DNA of 64,000 bases from an uncultured bacterium (GTDB lineage: Bacteria; Krumholzibacteriota; Krumholzibacteriia; Krumholzibacteriales; Krumholzibacteriaceae): the NCBI GenBank assembly GCA_964422745.1, contig CAYRCK010000011.1, positions 5,068 to 69,067 of the forward strand. The letters run 5' to 3'. Below, piece by piece: positions 18,128 through 27,418 of this stretch (position 1 is the stretch's first letter; the number at the start of each line of letters is the position of its first letter). Both the position numbers and the translations under genes were made by a program. The notes below the pieces were generated by a model, which worked only from the letters and a program-made list of their open reading frames with translations, was not told the origin of the DNA and did not search any database.

Positions 18128-19312
18128 TCACCACGGATAAAGATCGAATGTGAACTTTATCATCACCTTCTTCTCGTCTTCGAGAAGCGGAAGTTTTCTT
18201 CCCCTATCATAGGACAATTCCAGATCGGGATGATATCGTTTGCCGCCTGGCTTATCGAGCACATCACGGAGAAGAAGCCTTAGCCTGATAGAGTGAAATT
18301 CCTCGAAATTCTCACCGTGCGATGTAGGCCAGTACGATTCGAGAGAGTAGGACAGCTGGAAACCGTATAGAAACGTCCAGGTAAAACGCGTCATAAGATA
18401 GGGCGTTGTTCGCTCGAATCCGGAATCCGCCCATACCTCTTCATCGTTCGACTCATACCACGCGTACCCCAATCCAAGATCCACACCCTTGAACACGCTC
18501 GTGCAGTAGCTGTTCAGATGATCGAATAAATTATCCAAACGCACCCTGCCCCCAAAGGTAACCGAATGGGAATATTGGACGGATTCGCCTCCATCCGACG
18601 GCGAAGAGCGTTCGTGTTCGTATCCGGCCTCTACGCTCAGGCCGAGTTTTCCCGCCCATCCGGACTTGGACAGTTTAACGGCGACTGTCTGACGTAAAGC
18701 GTTCGATGAACCGGATCCGCCGGTCAGATAGGTCACACTGCCATACTCGAATCCAGGCTCGAAAGCCCAGCCCCGAAACTCGAAACAGGGCTGGACTGCC
18801 AGGTGGGACGTGGATCTTTCGGCACTGAAATCGTATCCGTAGTCGAATCGATTGAGGTTGTACATGCTCCCGCTTCGGGAGAACGCGGATGCGATGTATT
18901 TCCTGAAAAACTCTCTTTCAGCGCAGAAGCGGCTGCGGGGCTCACTAAGGAAGGGATCGCAGATTGAATCGACGGCTACTTCATCACCTTCTGGTAACCT
19001 AAAGATCACGCTGTAGCACCTACGCCCTTTGAGCTTGCCGGATGAGAGCACAAGAACCGTTTTTCCGGGTTCATGCTCGAGCAGCTCGACCCTGTACGGC
19101 TTGAATGGAGAGCCTCCATCTATGGCTCGAATCTCGAACCGGGAAGGATCTGATACTGTTTGCTCATCCAGGGATCCTTCCAGGCCGCCCAGAGTCAGTT
19201 CTATCCAGTAATGCCCCCTGTCGAAATATAGAACGCCATCAGCGGAACCGGTAGCACCGGCAGCCTGGACGGCTGCAAGGAGAATCCATGAAGCTGCAAG
19301 AAGAGATCTCAT
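18128..19312 (-). CDS. Secreted protein, probably an outer-membrane beta-barrel with an N-terminal soluble domain
   Basis: Signal peptide MRSLLAASWILLAAVQAAGA. The C-terminal half has alternating hydrophobic, Y- and G-rich strands and ends ...FTFDLYPW, the C-terminal aromatic signature of OMP barrels. Confidence 0.5.
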   Translation of the reverse strand: MRSLLAASWILLAAVQAAGATGSADGVLYFDRGHYWIELTLGGLEGSLDEQTVSDPSRFEIRAIDGGSPFKPYRVELLEHEPGKTVLVLSSGKLKGRRCYSVIFRLPEGDEVAVDSICDPFLSEPRSRFCAEREFFRKYIASAFSRSGSMYNLNRFDYGYDFSAERSTSHLAVQPCFEFRGWAFEPGFEYGSVTYLTGGSGSSNALRQTVAVKLSKSGWAGKLGLSVEAGYEHERSSPSDGGESVQYSHSVTFGGRVRLDNLFDHLNSYCTSVFKGVDLGLGYAWYESNDEEVWADSGFERTTPYLMTRFTWTFLYGFQLSYSLESYWPTSHGENFEEFHSIRLRLLLRDVLDKPGGKRYHPDLELSYDRGRKLPLLEDEKKVMIKFTFDLYPW

Positions 19313-19393
19313 CTCTGCTCCCGACCGCCGGCATCCACATTAATGGAGCATTCACATACACGTACCATCAGTAAAATCCGACCGGAGTATATA

Positions 19394-19705
19394 TCAAGAA
19401 TACGCCCCGCTTCGCAGCAGACGCTCCCCGTACTGCATGAAGCTTTCATTCCTTTTGAAATGCGATTCGATCCTTTCACGGTCAAGGCCGGTCTGTTCCT
19501 CCAGTCTGGAGAAAATATCATCAAGGGTATCATCGGATGGAATGTACCTGCTGTTGAAATCACCGATGGGAGGAGGGGAGGGAGGATCATAAAAAACCGC
19601 AAGGAAATCTATTTCGCTTATTCCTGTGAAACCGCTGAAAGCGGTAGCTATATCGAGACGGATACGGATTCGCTTTTCCAGCCATGTCGGATCTAATTTG
19701 GTCAT
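19394..19705 (-). CDS. Hypothetical small cytoplasmic protein, upstream partner of the OMP
   Basis: 103 aa ORF with AAAGGTGA seven nt upstream of the ATG. It has no recognisable motif and is co-directional with, and 81 nt upstream of, the OMP gene. Confidence 0.4.
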   Translation of the reverse strand: MTKLDPTWLEKRIRIRLDIATAFSGFTGISEIDFLAVFYDPPSPPPIGDFNSRYIPSDDTLDDIFSRLEEQTGLDRERIESHFKRNESFMQYGERLLRSGAYS

Positions 19706-20310
19706 TCGTCACCTTTCGGATAACCCAGCCCGCTTTCAATGATAACCGCACTGTTAATAGCTCTTGAACCGTTGGGATTGCAAATTAATGCCGCTCGAGT
19801 AGAGGGAGTGAGTCTAGACTGAAATGCCCGGTCAGAGCAAGCAGAAAGTAGAAGACCGGCTGATCCGCCGCATAAAAAAATGCCGTCTGAATCAATCCCA
19901 GCTCCAAGGAAGTGTAAAAAAGCGATCCTAAGGGACTCTCACCGGAGCGTAGCGGATCTGCAACCTGGTTTCCCAGGCGGGAGCCTTTTCCCGTTAAGCG
20001 GCTCATCTCCTAGGGGAAGAGATGGGGTTTTTGTGGTAGGAAAGGAAAAGACTCCCATTAATGCTTCAGACGGCATTACCAGTTTACTTTTTTAATCAAG
20101 CTCTATATATCCTCCAGACTCCATCCTGACACATAAAAACGCTCAATATCAGAACTTTTTTATTTTTTATTTTTACTTTCTACCCCAGATCCAGCCTCTA
20201 TATCAGATCTTTTCGTTACCGTTAAAGCATAAAGGTTTGTCCATGTTTATACAATAGGGAATACTGCTCATTTTTTGATTGGGTGTTAGGAAGGCTTTTT
20301 AAGCTCTATT

Positions 20311-20967
20311 TCATGATTCCGTCAGGCCTATCCTGATTGCATACCTTACGAGTCCCGCCGTGTCGTGGATATCGAGCTTATTCATTATATTCGCCCTGTG
20401 GTTCTCCACGGTCTTGACACTGATAAAAAGCATTTTCGCTATCTGCTTACTGGTGTTGCCTTCCGACAATAACTGAAGTATCTCTCTCTCCCTGTTCGTC
20501 AGACGGCTGAATTCGTCAACCTTCTTTCCGGAACTCAGCATCTTCCTGTAATCGTCGAGGAGACCAGGTGGAAGATTGGGACTAAGATATATTTTACCGG
20601 CATTGACGGTTTCAATAGCATCGATAAGATCATCCGCCGCTGTATCCTTGACGAGATAGCCGTTAGCTCCCGCATCCAGTGATTTGAACAGGTAGTTCTC
20701 TTCCTTATGTATCGTCAGGATTATAACTTTCGTATCCGGCATCTCCTTCCTGATCCTGCGTGTCGCCTCAATGCCGCTCATGCTGGGCAGGCTGATATCC
20801 ATGATCACTATATCCGGTTTCTTTTCCTGAGCTATTCTTAATCCTTCATGTCCGTTCTCGGCCTCACCGACTATCTCCAAACCCCTCTCTTCAAGGATAC
20901 CACGCAATCCCTGCCGGACAATCGTGTGGTCCTCCACGAGCAATATCTTGATTCCATCAATCATCAT
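20311..20967 (-). CDS. NarL/LuxR-family response regulator (REC plus HTH_LuxR)
   Basis: REC domain (ILLVEDHTIVRQG ... IVIMDISLP) and LuxR HTH (LTNREREILQLLSEGNTSKQIAKMLFISVKTVENHRANIMNKL). Confidence 0.85.
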   Translation of the reverse strand: MMIDGIKILLVEDHTIVRQGLRGILEERGLEIVGEAENGHEGLRIAQEKKPDIVIMDISLPSMSGIEATRRIRKEMPDTKVIILTIHKEENYLFKSLDAGANGYLVKDTAADDLIDAIETVNAGKIYLSPNLPPGLLDDYRKMLSSGKKVDEFSRLTNREREILQLLSEGNTSKQIAKMLFISVKTVENHRANIMNKLDIHDTAGLVRYAIRIGLTES

Positions 20968-23524
20968 CGACCTCCAACGGTATCGTTACCCGTATAGCGG
21001 TTCCCTTGTTGGGTGCCGACTTTATCTGGAACGATCCGCCGAGTCGTTTTACCCTTTCCTTCATGCCAATTATTCCCAGCCCCTTATCGGGTGGAGCATC
21101 CACCATCGAGAAGCCTACACCGTTATCCTCGACTTTCATTATCACCCGAGGATACCCTTTGGTGAGTGTAAGCGCGATCCTGTCCGCCTTCGCATGCTTG
21201 ACCGCATTCGCTAACGCCTCTTGGATAACACGGTACAGCGTCAGTGCAACCTGAGGCGAAAGCTTCTCGTCGAATCCGATCGCTTCGACATCGACATTGA
21301 GACTATCGCTCTTGATAAACCTGTCCACGTAATAATGGATGGCCGGAATCAGCCCTAGCTCTTCGAGCATCGAAGGATGCAGCGAATACGAGATGCGGCG
21401 TGTACTTTCCGTGATATCTTGCAACAGCCCCCTGATCTTTTTCAACAGTTTAGCCCCATCCTTATCGCTCTGCAAGTATTTATTCTCGAGGATATCAAAG
21501 TCCACGTTCAACGCTACAAGGTACTGTCCCATCTCATCATGCAGCCTAAGCGCCATCTGGCTCCTCTCCTCCTCTATGGAATCGATAAGCCATGCATAGA
21601 GCCTCTTAAGCTCTTTCTCCCTCTTTTCGAGCGTCTCGAGCAGTGCAAACCTGTCGTATGCGATCCCCAGCTGGTTTCCGACAATCTCCAGGAACCTTCT
21701 TATCCCGGAACCAATTACGTTTTCCTCGGAACATCCTATCACAACCATCGCGTTCGCCTGATTGCCGTATCTTAGAACCAGCACCCCGGTCCATCTGAAA
21801 TTCATTTCCTTCTTCAGTTCATCCCAAGGAGTGGTCAAATTCCCAATCTGTTCTTCGATGATGACCAGGTTTCCGACGGAAAGAATGCGCTCGATCGCAT
21901 CATTCTTCATGTCGATGCAGTCGACCTTCGAATCCAGCTTTTCCGGGACCGAAACCGAGGCGAGCTTCACGGCTTCGTTCGCCTCATTATCCACTTCGTA
22001 AATAATTGCCGCTTCCGCTCCGCAGAATTCCGTAAGCGTTTCAAGCGTTTCCCTCATTACCGCTTCCTTGTTTTTTGATGAAGCCATAATAGAGAGCAGG
22101 TCGTTCAACAGTCCACGCTCGTAATTTCGCCTCTCCAGCTCCTCCTCGGCCAGTTTGCGTTCCGTAATATCCTTTACGGCCCCGAAAATCTGCACGATTC
22201 GGCCATCCTCCTCATTGAAAATCGGTCGTCCGTAGTCAAGAACCCAGCGCACAGCTCCTTCCTTTGTCCTTATCCGGAACTCGCTGGAGTTTTTCCGGCC
22301 GGATAGGATTACTTCATGATGCCTATTTACAGCATCTACATCGTCGGGATGGACAACACCCCTCATTCCACCAAGTGACATGGTCTCTGAATGATTGAAC
22401 CCTATCATCTCGAATAGTGTGTCGGTGACCCAGTCTTCTTTTACGGTGCCGTCCGGTTCCACAGTAAAGGAGTACAGGAAATCGGATGTCATTTCAGACA
22501 CATGTCGGTGGCGCATTTCTGAATTCCTTAGATCTTCCTCGGCCTTTATGCGCTCTTTCACCTCCCGCTCAAGCCTCTCGTTGGCAAGCTCCAATTCAGC
22601 CGTTCTCTTGTCCACGAGTTTCATGAGTTTATCACGGTGCTCCTCCAGCTCTTCCTGCGATCGTTTTCGCTCGGATATGTCCGTGATGAACATAGTAGCG
22701 GCGACAACCTCTCCATCTCTCACAACAGGACCGATGCTTGCCGAGAACCATGCGATTGAGCCATCCAACCTATGGGCTTCACATTCGATTCTAGCCGTTT
22801 CCCCCCTTTTGAAAGTCCGATCGATGACCTCTCTCATCCTTTCGTGGTACTCTGGCAACATGTAATCGTAAGGTTTCTTACCCATCAAGACTTCCAGACT
22901 TGCACCTTCATCCGCACGGTTTATGAACATTATATTGTGGCCAGGGTCGATGACGATTATGAAATCGGGTACATTTTCCAGCACGGAACGCCACTTGATC
23001 CCCGCATCCTGCAGCATCTCCTCTGCACGAATGTGATCTTCGATCTCCTTCTTCAGCATATCGTTCATTTTTTTCAATTCGACCGTCCGCTCCTCGACGA
23101 GCGCCTGAAGGTTGTCACGGTACCGTTTCAATTCCTCTTCGGCTTTAATCAGTTCGGTGATTTCTCTTATCACTATAACCACGAACGGAGGATCAAGATG
23201 ATCTATGATATTGGAGACGACATGGACATGATGATATCCACCTCCACGCCTCCCTATGCCGAATTTCCTCGTGGCAAAACCCTTCTCCAGCAGCTCGGAT
23301 TTCATATCTATGAATAGCGGCATCATCTTTTCCTGCTGAAGAGATCCGACCTTGCGGCCGACATAGTTCTCATCCGTGCCGAGGCCGTGAATTTCTATAA
23401 AGGCCCTGTTATAGTAGAGGAGTTCCTCATCAAGGTTTACAATCGCAATGCCGTCCTTGGAAAACTCGAACGCCTCGATTATCGTTGATTTCAGGTCATT
23501 ACCACCATGAGCCATGTCGTTCAA
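20957..23524 (-). CDS. Multi-PAS/GAF sensor histidine kinase, NarL-type (HisKA_3 plus HATPase)
   Basis: 855 aa with several PAS blocks separated by coiled-coil linkers. It carries the HisKA_3 H-box (LHDEMGQYLVAL) and HATPase motifs (NAVKHA, DNGVGF, GLGIIGMKER). It overlaps the cognate LuxR regulator gene by 11 nt. Confidence 0.85.
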   Translation of the reverse strand: MNDMAHGGNDLKSTIIEAFEFSKDGIAIVNLDEELLYYNRAFIEIHGLGTDENYVGRKVGSLQQEKMMPLFIDMKSELLEKGFATRKFGIGRRGGGYHHVHVVSNIIDHLDPPFVVIVIREITELIKAEEELKRYRDNLQALVEERTVELKKMNDMLKKEIEDHIRAEEMLQDAGIKWRSVLENVPDFIIVIDPGHNIMFINRADEGASLEVLMGKKPYDYMLPEYHERMREVIDRTFKRGETARIECEAHRLDGSIAWFSASIGPVVRDGEVVAATMFITDISERKRSQEELEEHRDKLMKLVDKRTAELELANERLEREVKERIKAEEDLRNSEMRHRHVSEMTSDFLYSFTVEPDGTVKEDWVTDTLFEMIGFNHSETMSLGGMRGVVHPDDVDAVNRHHEVILSGRKNSSEFRIRTKEGAVRWVLDYGRPIFNEEDGRIVQIFGAVKDITERKLAEEELERRNYERGLLNDLLSIMASSKNKEAVMRETLETLTEFCGAEAAIIYEVDNEANEAVKLASVSVPEKLDSKVDCIDMKNDAIERILSVGNLVIIEEQIGNLTTPWDELKKEMNFRWTGVLVLRYGNQANAMVVIGCSEENVIGSGIRRFLEIVGNQLGIAYDRFALLETLEKREKELKRLYAWLIDSIEEERSQMALRLHDEMGQYLVALNVDFDILENKYLQSDKDGAKLLKKIRGLLQDITESTRRISYSLHPSMLEELGLIPAIHYYVDRFIKSDSLNVDVEAIGFDEKLSPQVALTLYRVIQEALANAVKHAKADRIALTLTKGYPRVIMKVEDNGVGFSMVDAPPDKGLGIIGMKERVKRLGGSFQIKSAPNKGTAIRVTIPLEVDDD

Positions 23525-23534
23525 CTCCCGCCAA

Positions 23535-25262
23535 CTACGTATTGATATTTTTCTTCTTCACTGAAAGAGAACGCATCCTGTTTATGGCCGCCGCAACCTC
23601 GAATATACGGGGAAGCGCGTAATCGCCTTTCTTCATGCCGGACAGAATATCCAATCCACTTCTCTCTATTTCCTTCTCCACCGCAAGCAATCCTCCCCTC
23701 AACGAAATGTTCCCGCTGCTGCATAAGCCCGCGTAGTAATGTATGATATCTCCGATCGCACGTGTCTGGCTCCGATGCACGAGCTGCTCCACAGCCGAAA
23801 GGTCAATGATCTGTGTTCCGTAATTAATCGTCTTGAGCCCCCTTGCTTCGATCCTGACATCCCTTCGCCCCCTTCTGGGATCAAAGCTCCGTTGAAGAGG
23901 CATTCTCTCGGTCAACCCATCGAACCCCCCCTCGCCTTCCCCGACCCTTCCCGTTCTGTTGCCGTCTACTATCTTCTCCGCCTCGGCCGTCACATCTTTC
24001 GGAACATATTCATCCATCATTATCACCTTGTCCGCTTCATCAAAATAATCACCTGATCCGCCCATGACCAGAATAGTGGAGACACCCATGTCGCTGCATA
24101 GCGTTCTCACCCTGTCCAGGAACGGCGTGATGGGCTCCTTGTCCTTGCTTACCAGCGCCTGCATTCTTTTATCACGTATCATGAAGTTAGTGGCCGACGT
24201 GTCTTCGTCTATAAGCAGAAGCCTGCATCCGACTTCCAGGGCTTCCATTATATTTGCAGCCTGTGATGTGGAACCGCTCGCATTATCCGTCGAGAAGCTC
24301 TTCGTGTCTGAGCGGAATGGAAGATTGTCAATAAATGGGCTGATATCGACGCCGGCTACGCTTCTGCCATCCTCAGCCCTGATCTTAACGGCATCACCCC
24401 GCGTGACCACGAGTTCGCGGCCGTCACCCGGTATATGGTTGTAAACACCTCTTTCGAGCGAACGAAGAACCGTCGACTTACCATGGAATCCCCCTCCCAC
24501 GATCAATGTAATCCCCTCCGGTATAGCAGCCCCAACGACTTCTCCGGTATTGGGAAGACCGACAGTAAGTCTCATCGAATCGGGAGACCGGAACTCTATT
24601 ACCGGGCACTCACCGGAACCCGACAGCGGCCTGTCGTCCACACCGCTTGCTCGCGGAAGGATCGAGCCGTCGGCGATGAACGCGACCAGCCCCCTCTCTG
24701 TCAGCATATCCCTCAATGCATCCTGATCCTCGTTCGCGTGGAGGTGGCGCATGAGCGTATCGTGATTATGGCTGCTGTGCAGGAGAGAGTCTTTCACAAG
24801 CGAAGGTATCTCCAGGAAGAACATCTCCTCGGCTTCCCTGCCCAGCACCCTCCTTCCCGAAGCCGGAAGCCCAACCCCGAATCTGATCTCGACGGCCCCG
24901 TTGTCAACCGAGCAGGATGTCCTTTCCAGAATTTCCTGGCCGGGATCATCTACAGAAACGATCCCGCTCTTTCCCGATCCACGCCTTCCCCTGACATGCC
25001 TTCTTATGGCGGAGGCGAAGGCCCTGGTTATGAAATCCTCGAGCGCTGTGCATCGGGATCTCGAGCGATACGTTTCTTGCGGGAAACGCGCGACCGCTGC
25101 ATCGACAACGGCACGGACCCTCGAGACTGCAGCGAAGGGATCACCCTGCACATGATCTATGAAAAGCCTATAATCCCGGAACACATAACTTCCGCGCACA
25201 TCCTTGTAGGCCTTATAGCCCCTTCCGTCGATCCTTCCAAGCAGCTTTTTAAGATTATCCAT
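23535..25262 (-). CDS. ABC-class ATPase family protein (COG3044/PF09818-like), function unknown
   Basis: 575 aa with a P-loop IVGGGFHGKSTVLRSL and a Walker-B-like LLLIDEDTSATNF, matching my recollection of the predicted ABC-class ATPase family. It ends 11 nt before the HK start on the same strand. Confidence 0.5.
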   Translation of the reverse strand: MDNLKKLLGRIDGRGYKAYKDVRGSYVFRDYRLFIDHVQGDPFAAVSRVRAVVDAAVARFPQETYRSRSRCTALEDFITRAFASAIRRHVRGRRGSGKSGIVSVDDPGQEILERTSCSVDNGAVEIRFGVGLPASGRRVLGREAEEMFFLEIPSLVKDSLLHSSHNHDTLMRHLHANEDQDALRDMLTERGLVAFIADGSILPRASGVDDRPLSGSGECPVIEFRSPDSMRLTVGLPNTGEVVGAAIPEGITLIVGGGFHGKSTVLRSLERGVYNHIPGDGRELVVTRGDAVKIRAEDGRSVAGVDISPFIDNLPFRSDTKSFSTDNASGSTSQAANIMEALEVGCRLLLIDEDTSATNFMIRDKRMQALVSKDKEPITPFLDRVRTLCSDMGVSTILVMGGSGDYFDEADKVIMMDEYVPKDVTAEAEKIVDGNRTGRVGEGEGGFDGLTERMPLQRSFDPRRGRRDVRIEARGLKTINYGTQIIDLSAVEQLVHRSQTRAIGDIIHYYAGLCSSGNISLRGGLLAVEKEIERSGLDILSGMKKGDYALPRIFEVAAAINRMRSLSVKKKNINT

Positions 25263-25486
25263 CGCTGTTTCCCAAACCGGTCAGCTCCACACGGCAGTTC
25301 CCTTACTATTCCATGAATTAAGCCTATTGTATACATTCTCCGGTAACTTCGAAAGTATAATCATTAAAACTTAAAATGAACTTGACTGACCGCCTCATTC
25401 CGTTACAAGGTGTATAACGTTCGGCTCCGGAGTCAGGAGTGATGATATCGGGGAGTGCGGCGGCGATATTTAGCAAGGAGAAAATA

Positions 25487-26275
25487 ATGCCTCTCGATGA
25501 AAAGACGATCAGCGAAGCGATCATCAAGCGATATACCGACAAGCTACTCGATTCTCTCCTGTGCGACGTCGCGATTGTGGGGGGAGGACCGTCGGGTCTC
25601 GTGGCAGCAGCGGACCTCGCCCGTGCCGGTTGGAAAACATGCCTTTTCGAGAGGAAGCTCAGCATAGGAGGAGGCATGTGGGGAGGGGGTATGATGATGA
25701 ATGAAATAGTGGTGCAAAAGGAAGGCAAGGAGATCCTCGACGAGTTCGGTATAAATACCGTAGCTTTCGGCAAAGAGTACTACACCGCCGACGCCGTGGA
25801 GGCCGTCAGCACCCTTTGCTCGCGTGCCGCCAGGGCGGGGGCACGAATCTTCAACCTGATAAGCGTAGAGGATATAGTCCTGAAGGAAAAAAAGGCCAGG
25901 GGAGTAGTAATAAACTGGACCGCAGTCGAGACGGCCGGTCTTCATGTCGATCCACTTACCGTTGAATCGAAATTCATCATCGACGCAACAGGACATCCGG
26001 CCGAGGTAATAAAGGTGATCGAGAAAAAGGCGGATGCCGCGCTATCGACTCCAAGCGGCAAGATACTCGGCGAAAGGTCGCTGTGGGCGGACAGGGCTGA
26101 ACAGAGCACGCTGGAGAACACACGCGAGATATTCCCAAACGTTTATGTCGCGGGGATGTGCGCAAACGCAGCATTCGGCTCGTACAGGATGGGGCCGATA
26201 TTCGGCGGGATGCTGCTTTCCGGAAGAAAAGCGGCGAGGATGATCATCGAGAGGCTGGAGTCGGAAAAGTCATGA
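25487..26275 (+). CDS. thi4: Thi4-family thiazole synthase (archaeal/eukaryotic-type thiamine thiazole synthase)
   Basis: Dinucleotide-binding motif [19 protein letters not shown] followed by the Thi4 core ([19 protein letters not shown] ... GMCANAA ... [13 protein letters not shown]). Confidence 0.8.
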   Translation: MPLDEKTISEAIIKRYTDKLLDSLLCDVAIVGGGPSGLVAAADLARAGWKTCLFERKLSIGGGMWGGGMMMNEIVVQKEGKEILDEFGINTVAFGKEYYTADAVEAVSTLCSRAARAGARIFNLISVEDIVLKEKKARGVVINWTAVETAGLHVDPLTVESKFIIDATGHPAEVIKVIEKKADAALSTPSGKILGERSLWADRAEQSTLENTREIFPNVYVAGMCANAAFGSYRMGPIFGGMLLSGRKAARMIIERLESEKS

Positions 26276-26353
26276 TTCGGGGCGTTTCGACAACGCTGCA
26301 TCCCTACATGGCTCGGCTCGGAGGACCGAACGGCCTCTGGCAGAGGTGAACAT

Positions 26354-27418
26354 TTGAATACAGCGACCACCCGGACCAAGCTGCTGCTACAGCATACATT
26401 CCGCACCTCCCATTCAGCCGACGATTTTCGTGAAACGATTCTTATTAAAATCGGCGACGGTGATCTGGAAGGCATCGGCGAGGCGGCACCGAATCCCAGG
26501 TACGGTCAGACTCCGGATTCAGCCGAAGAAGCGCTCTCGGCTATTGATCCGGAGCTGATTGGATCGGCGGACGGATTAGACGACGCTATCGACAAGGTGT
26601 CCAGGCTCATCGGCCGTGAAAGAGCATCACTCGCGGCGGTCGACATCGCGCTCCACGATCTCCACTGCAAAAGGCTGAAATTGCCGCTCTACGGATTGTT
26701 CGGCTTCGACCCTGTTGAGACTCCGATTACATCATACACGATAGCCATTGATACCCCGGGCGGGATCGAGAAGAGGATCGCAGAGGCCAAAGATTACAAG
26801 ATTCTCAAGGTAAAGATGGGAAGCGCCAATGACCGGCAGATGATTGAAATGATAAGGAAGCATACCGACAGGCCGATTCGCGTGGATGCCAACGAGGGAT
26901 GGACCCGGGAGGAGGCTCTGGAAAAGATACAATGGCTAGAGGGACAGAACGTGGAGCTCGTGGAACAGCCCCTCCCGGAATTCGATCTCGAGGGGATCCG
27001 TTGGCTGTCGGAAAGGGTCTCGATACCTATCTTTGCGGATGAATCCGTGCGCAAGGCCGGCGATATACCTCGATTGGCCGGAATCTACCAGGGAGTGAAC
27101 ATAAAACTGATGAAGTGCGGCGGCATCAGGGAAGCCGCCAGAATGATCGAGATCGCCAAGGACTTCGAATTGTTGGTGATGCTGGGCTGCATGATAGAGA
27201 CATCAGTGGGGATAACGGCGGCCGCTCACCTTTCACCGTCAGCTGATTATGCCGACCTGGACGGGAATCTGTTGATCAGCAACGATCCGGCCACAGGGGT
27301 CGTCGTATCGAAGGGCAGGCTCGTGCTGCCCACAGGCCCCGGCCTCGGAATATCTATCCTAGATGAGGAGGTTCGAACCGATCTCATGATCGTGGAAGAC
27401 CGGAAACCGCAGACCTGA
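26354..27418 (+). CDS. Enolase-superfamily enzyme (L-Ala-D/L-Glu epimerase / muconate cycloisomerase family)
   Basis: MR/MLE family architecture: KVKMG metal/base lysine, DANEGW, and ligand residues in the ELVEQP and FADES regions. Confidence 0.75.
   Translation: MNTATTRTKLLLQHTFRTSHSADDFRETILIKIGDGDLEGIGEAAPNPRYGQTPDSAEEALSAIDPELIGSADGLDDAIDKVSRLIGRERASLAAVDIALHDLHCKRLKLPLYGLFGFDPVETPITSYTIAIDTPGGIEKRIAEAKDYKILKVKMGSANDRQMIEMIRKHTDRPIRVDANEGWTREEALEKIQWLEGQNVELVEQPLPEFDLEGIRWLSERVSIPIFADESVRKAGDIPRLAGIYQGVNIKLMKCGGIREAARMIEIAKDFELLVMLGCMIETSVGITAAAHLSPSADYADLDGNLLISNDPATGVVVSKGRLVLPTGPGLGISILDEEVRTDLMIVEDRKPQT

Noticed and set aside
19785-20100. Candidate structured RNA (SRP / RNase P / tmRNA-like) in the long spacer
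   Set aside because: A partial resemblance to SRP domain IV (GGUCAG…AAGCAG) does not extend to the conserved GGAAGGAAGCAGC core, and no other diagnostic RNA motifs were found by eye. It is kept only as an unexplained spacer, not as an RNA gene.
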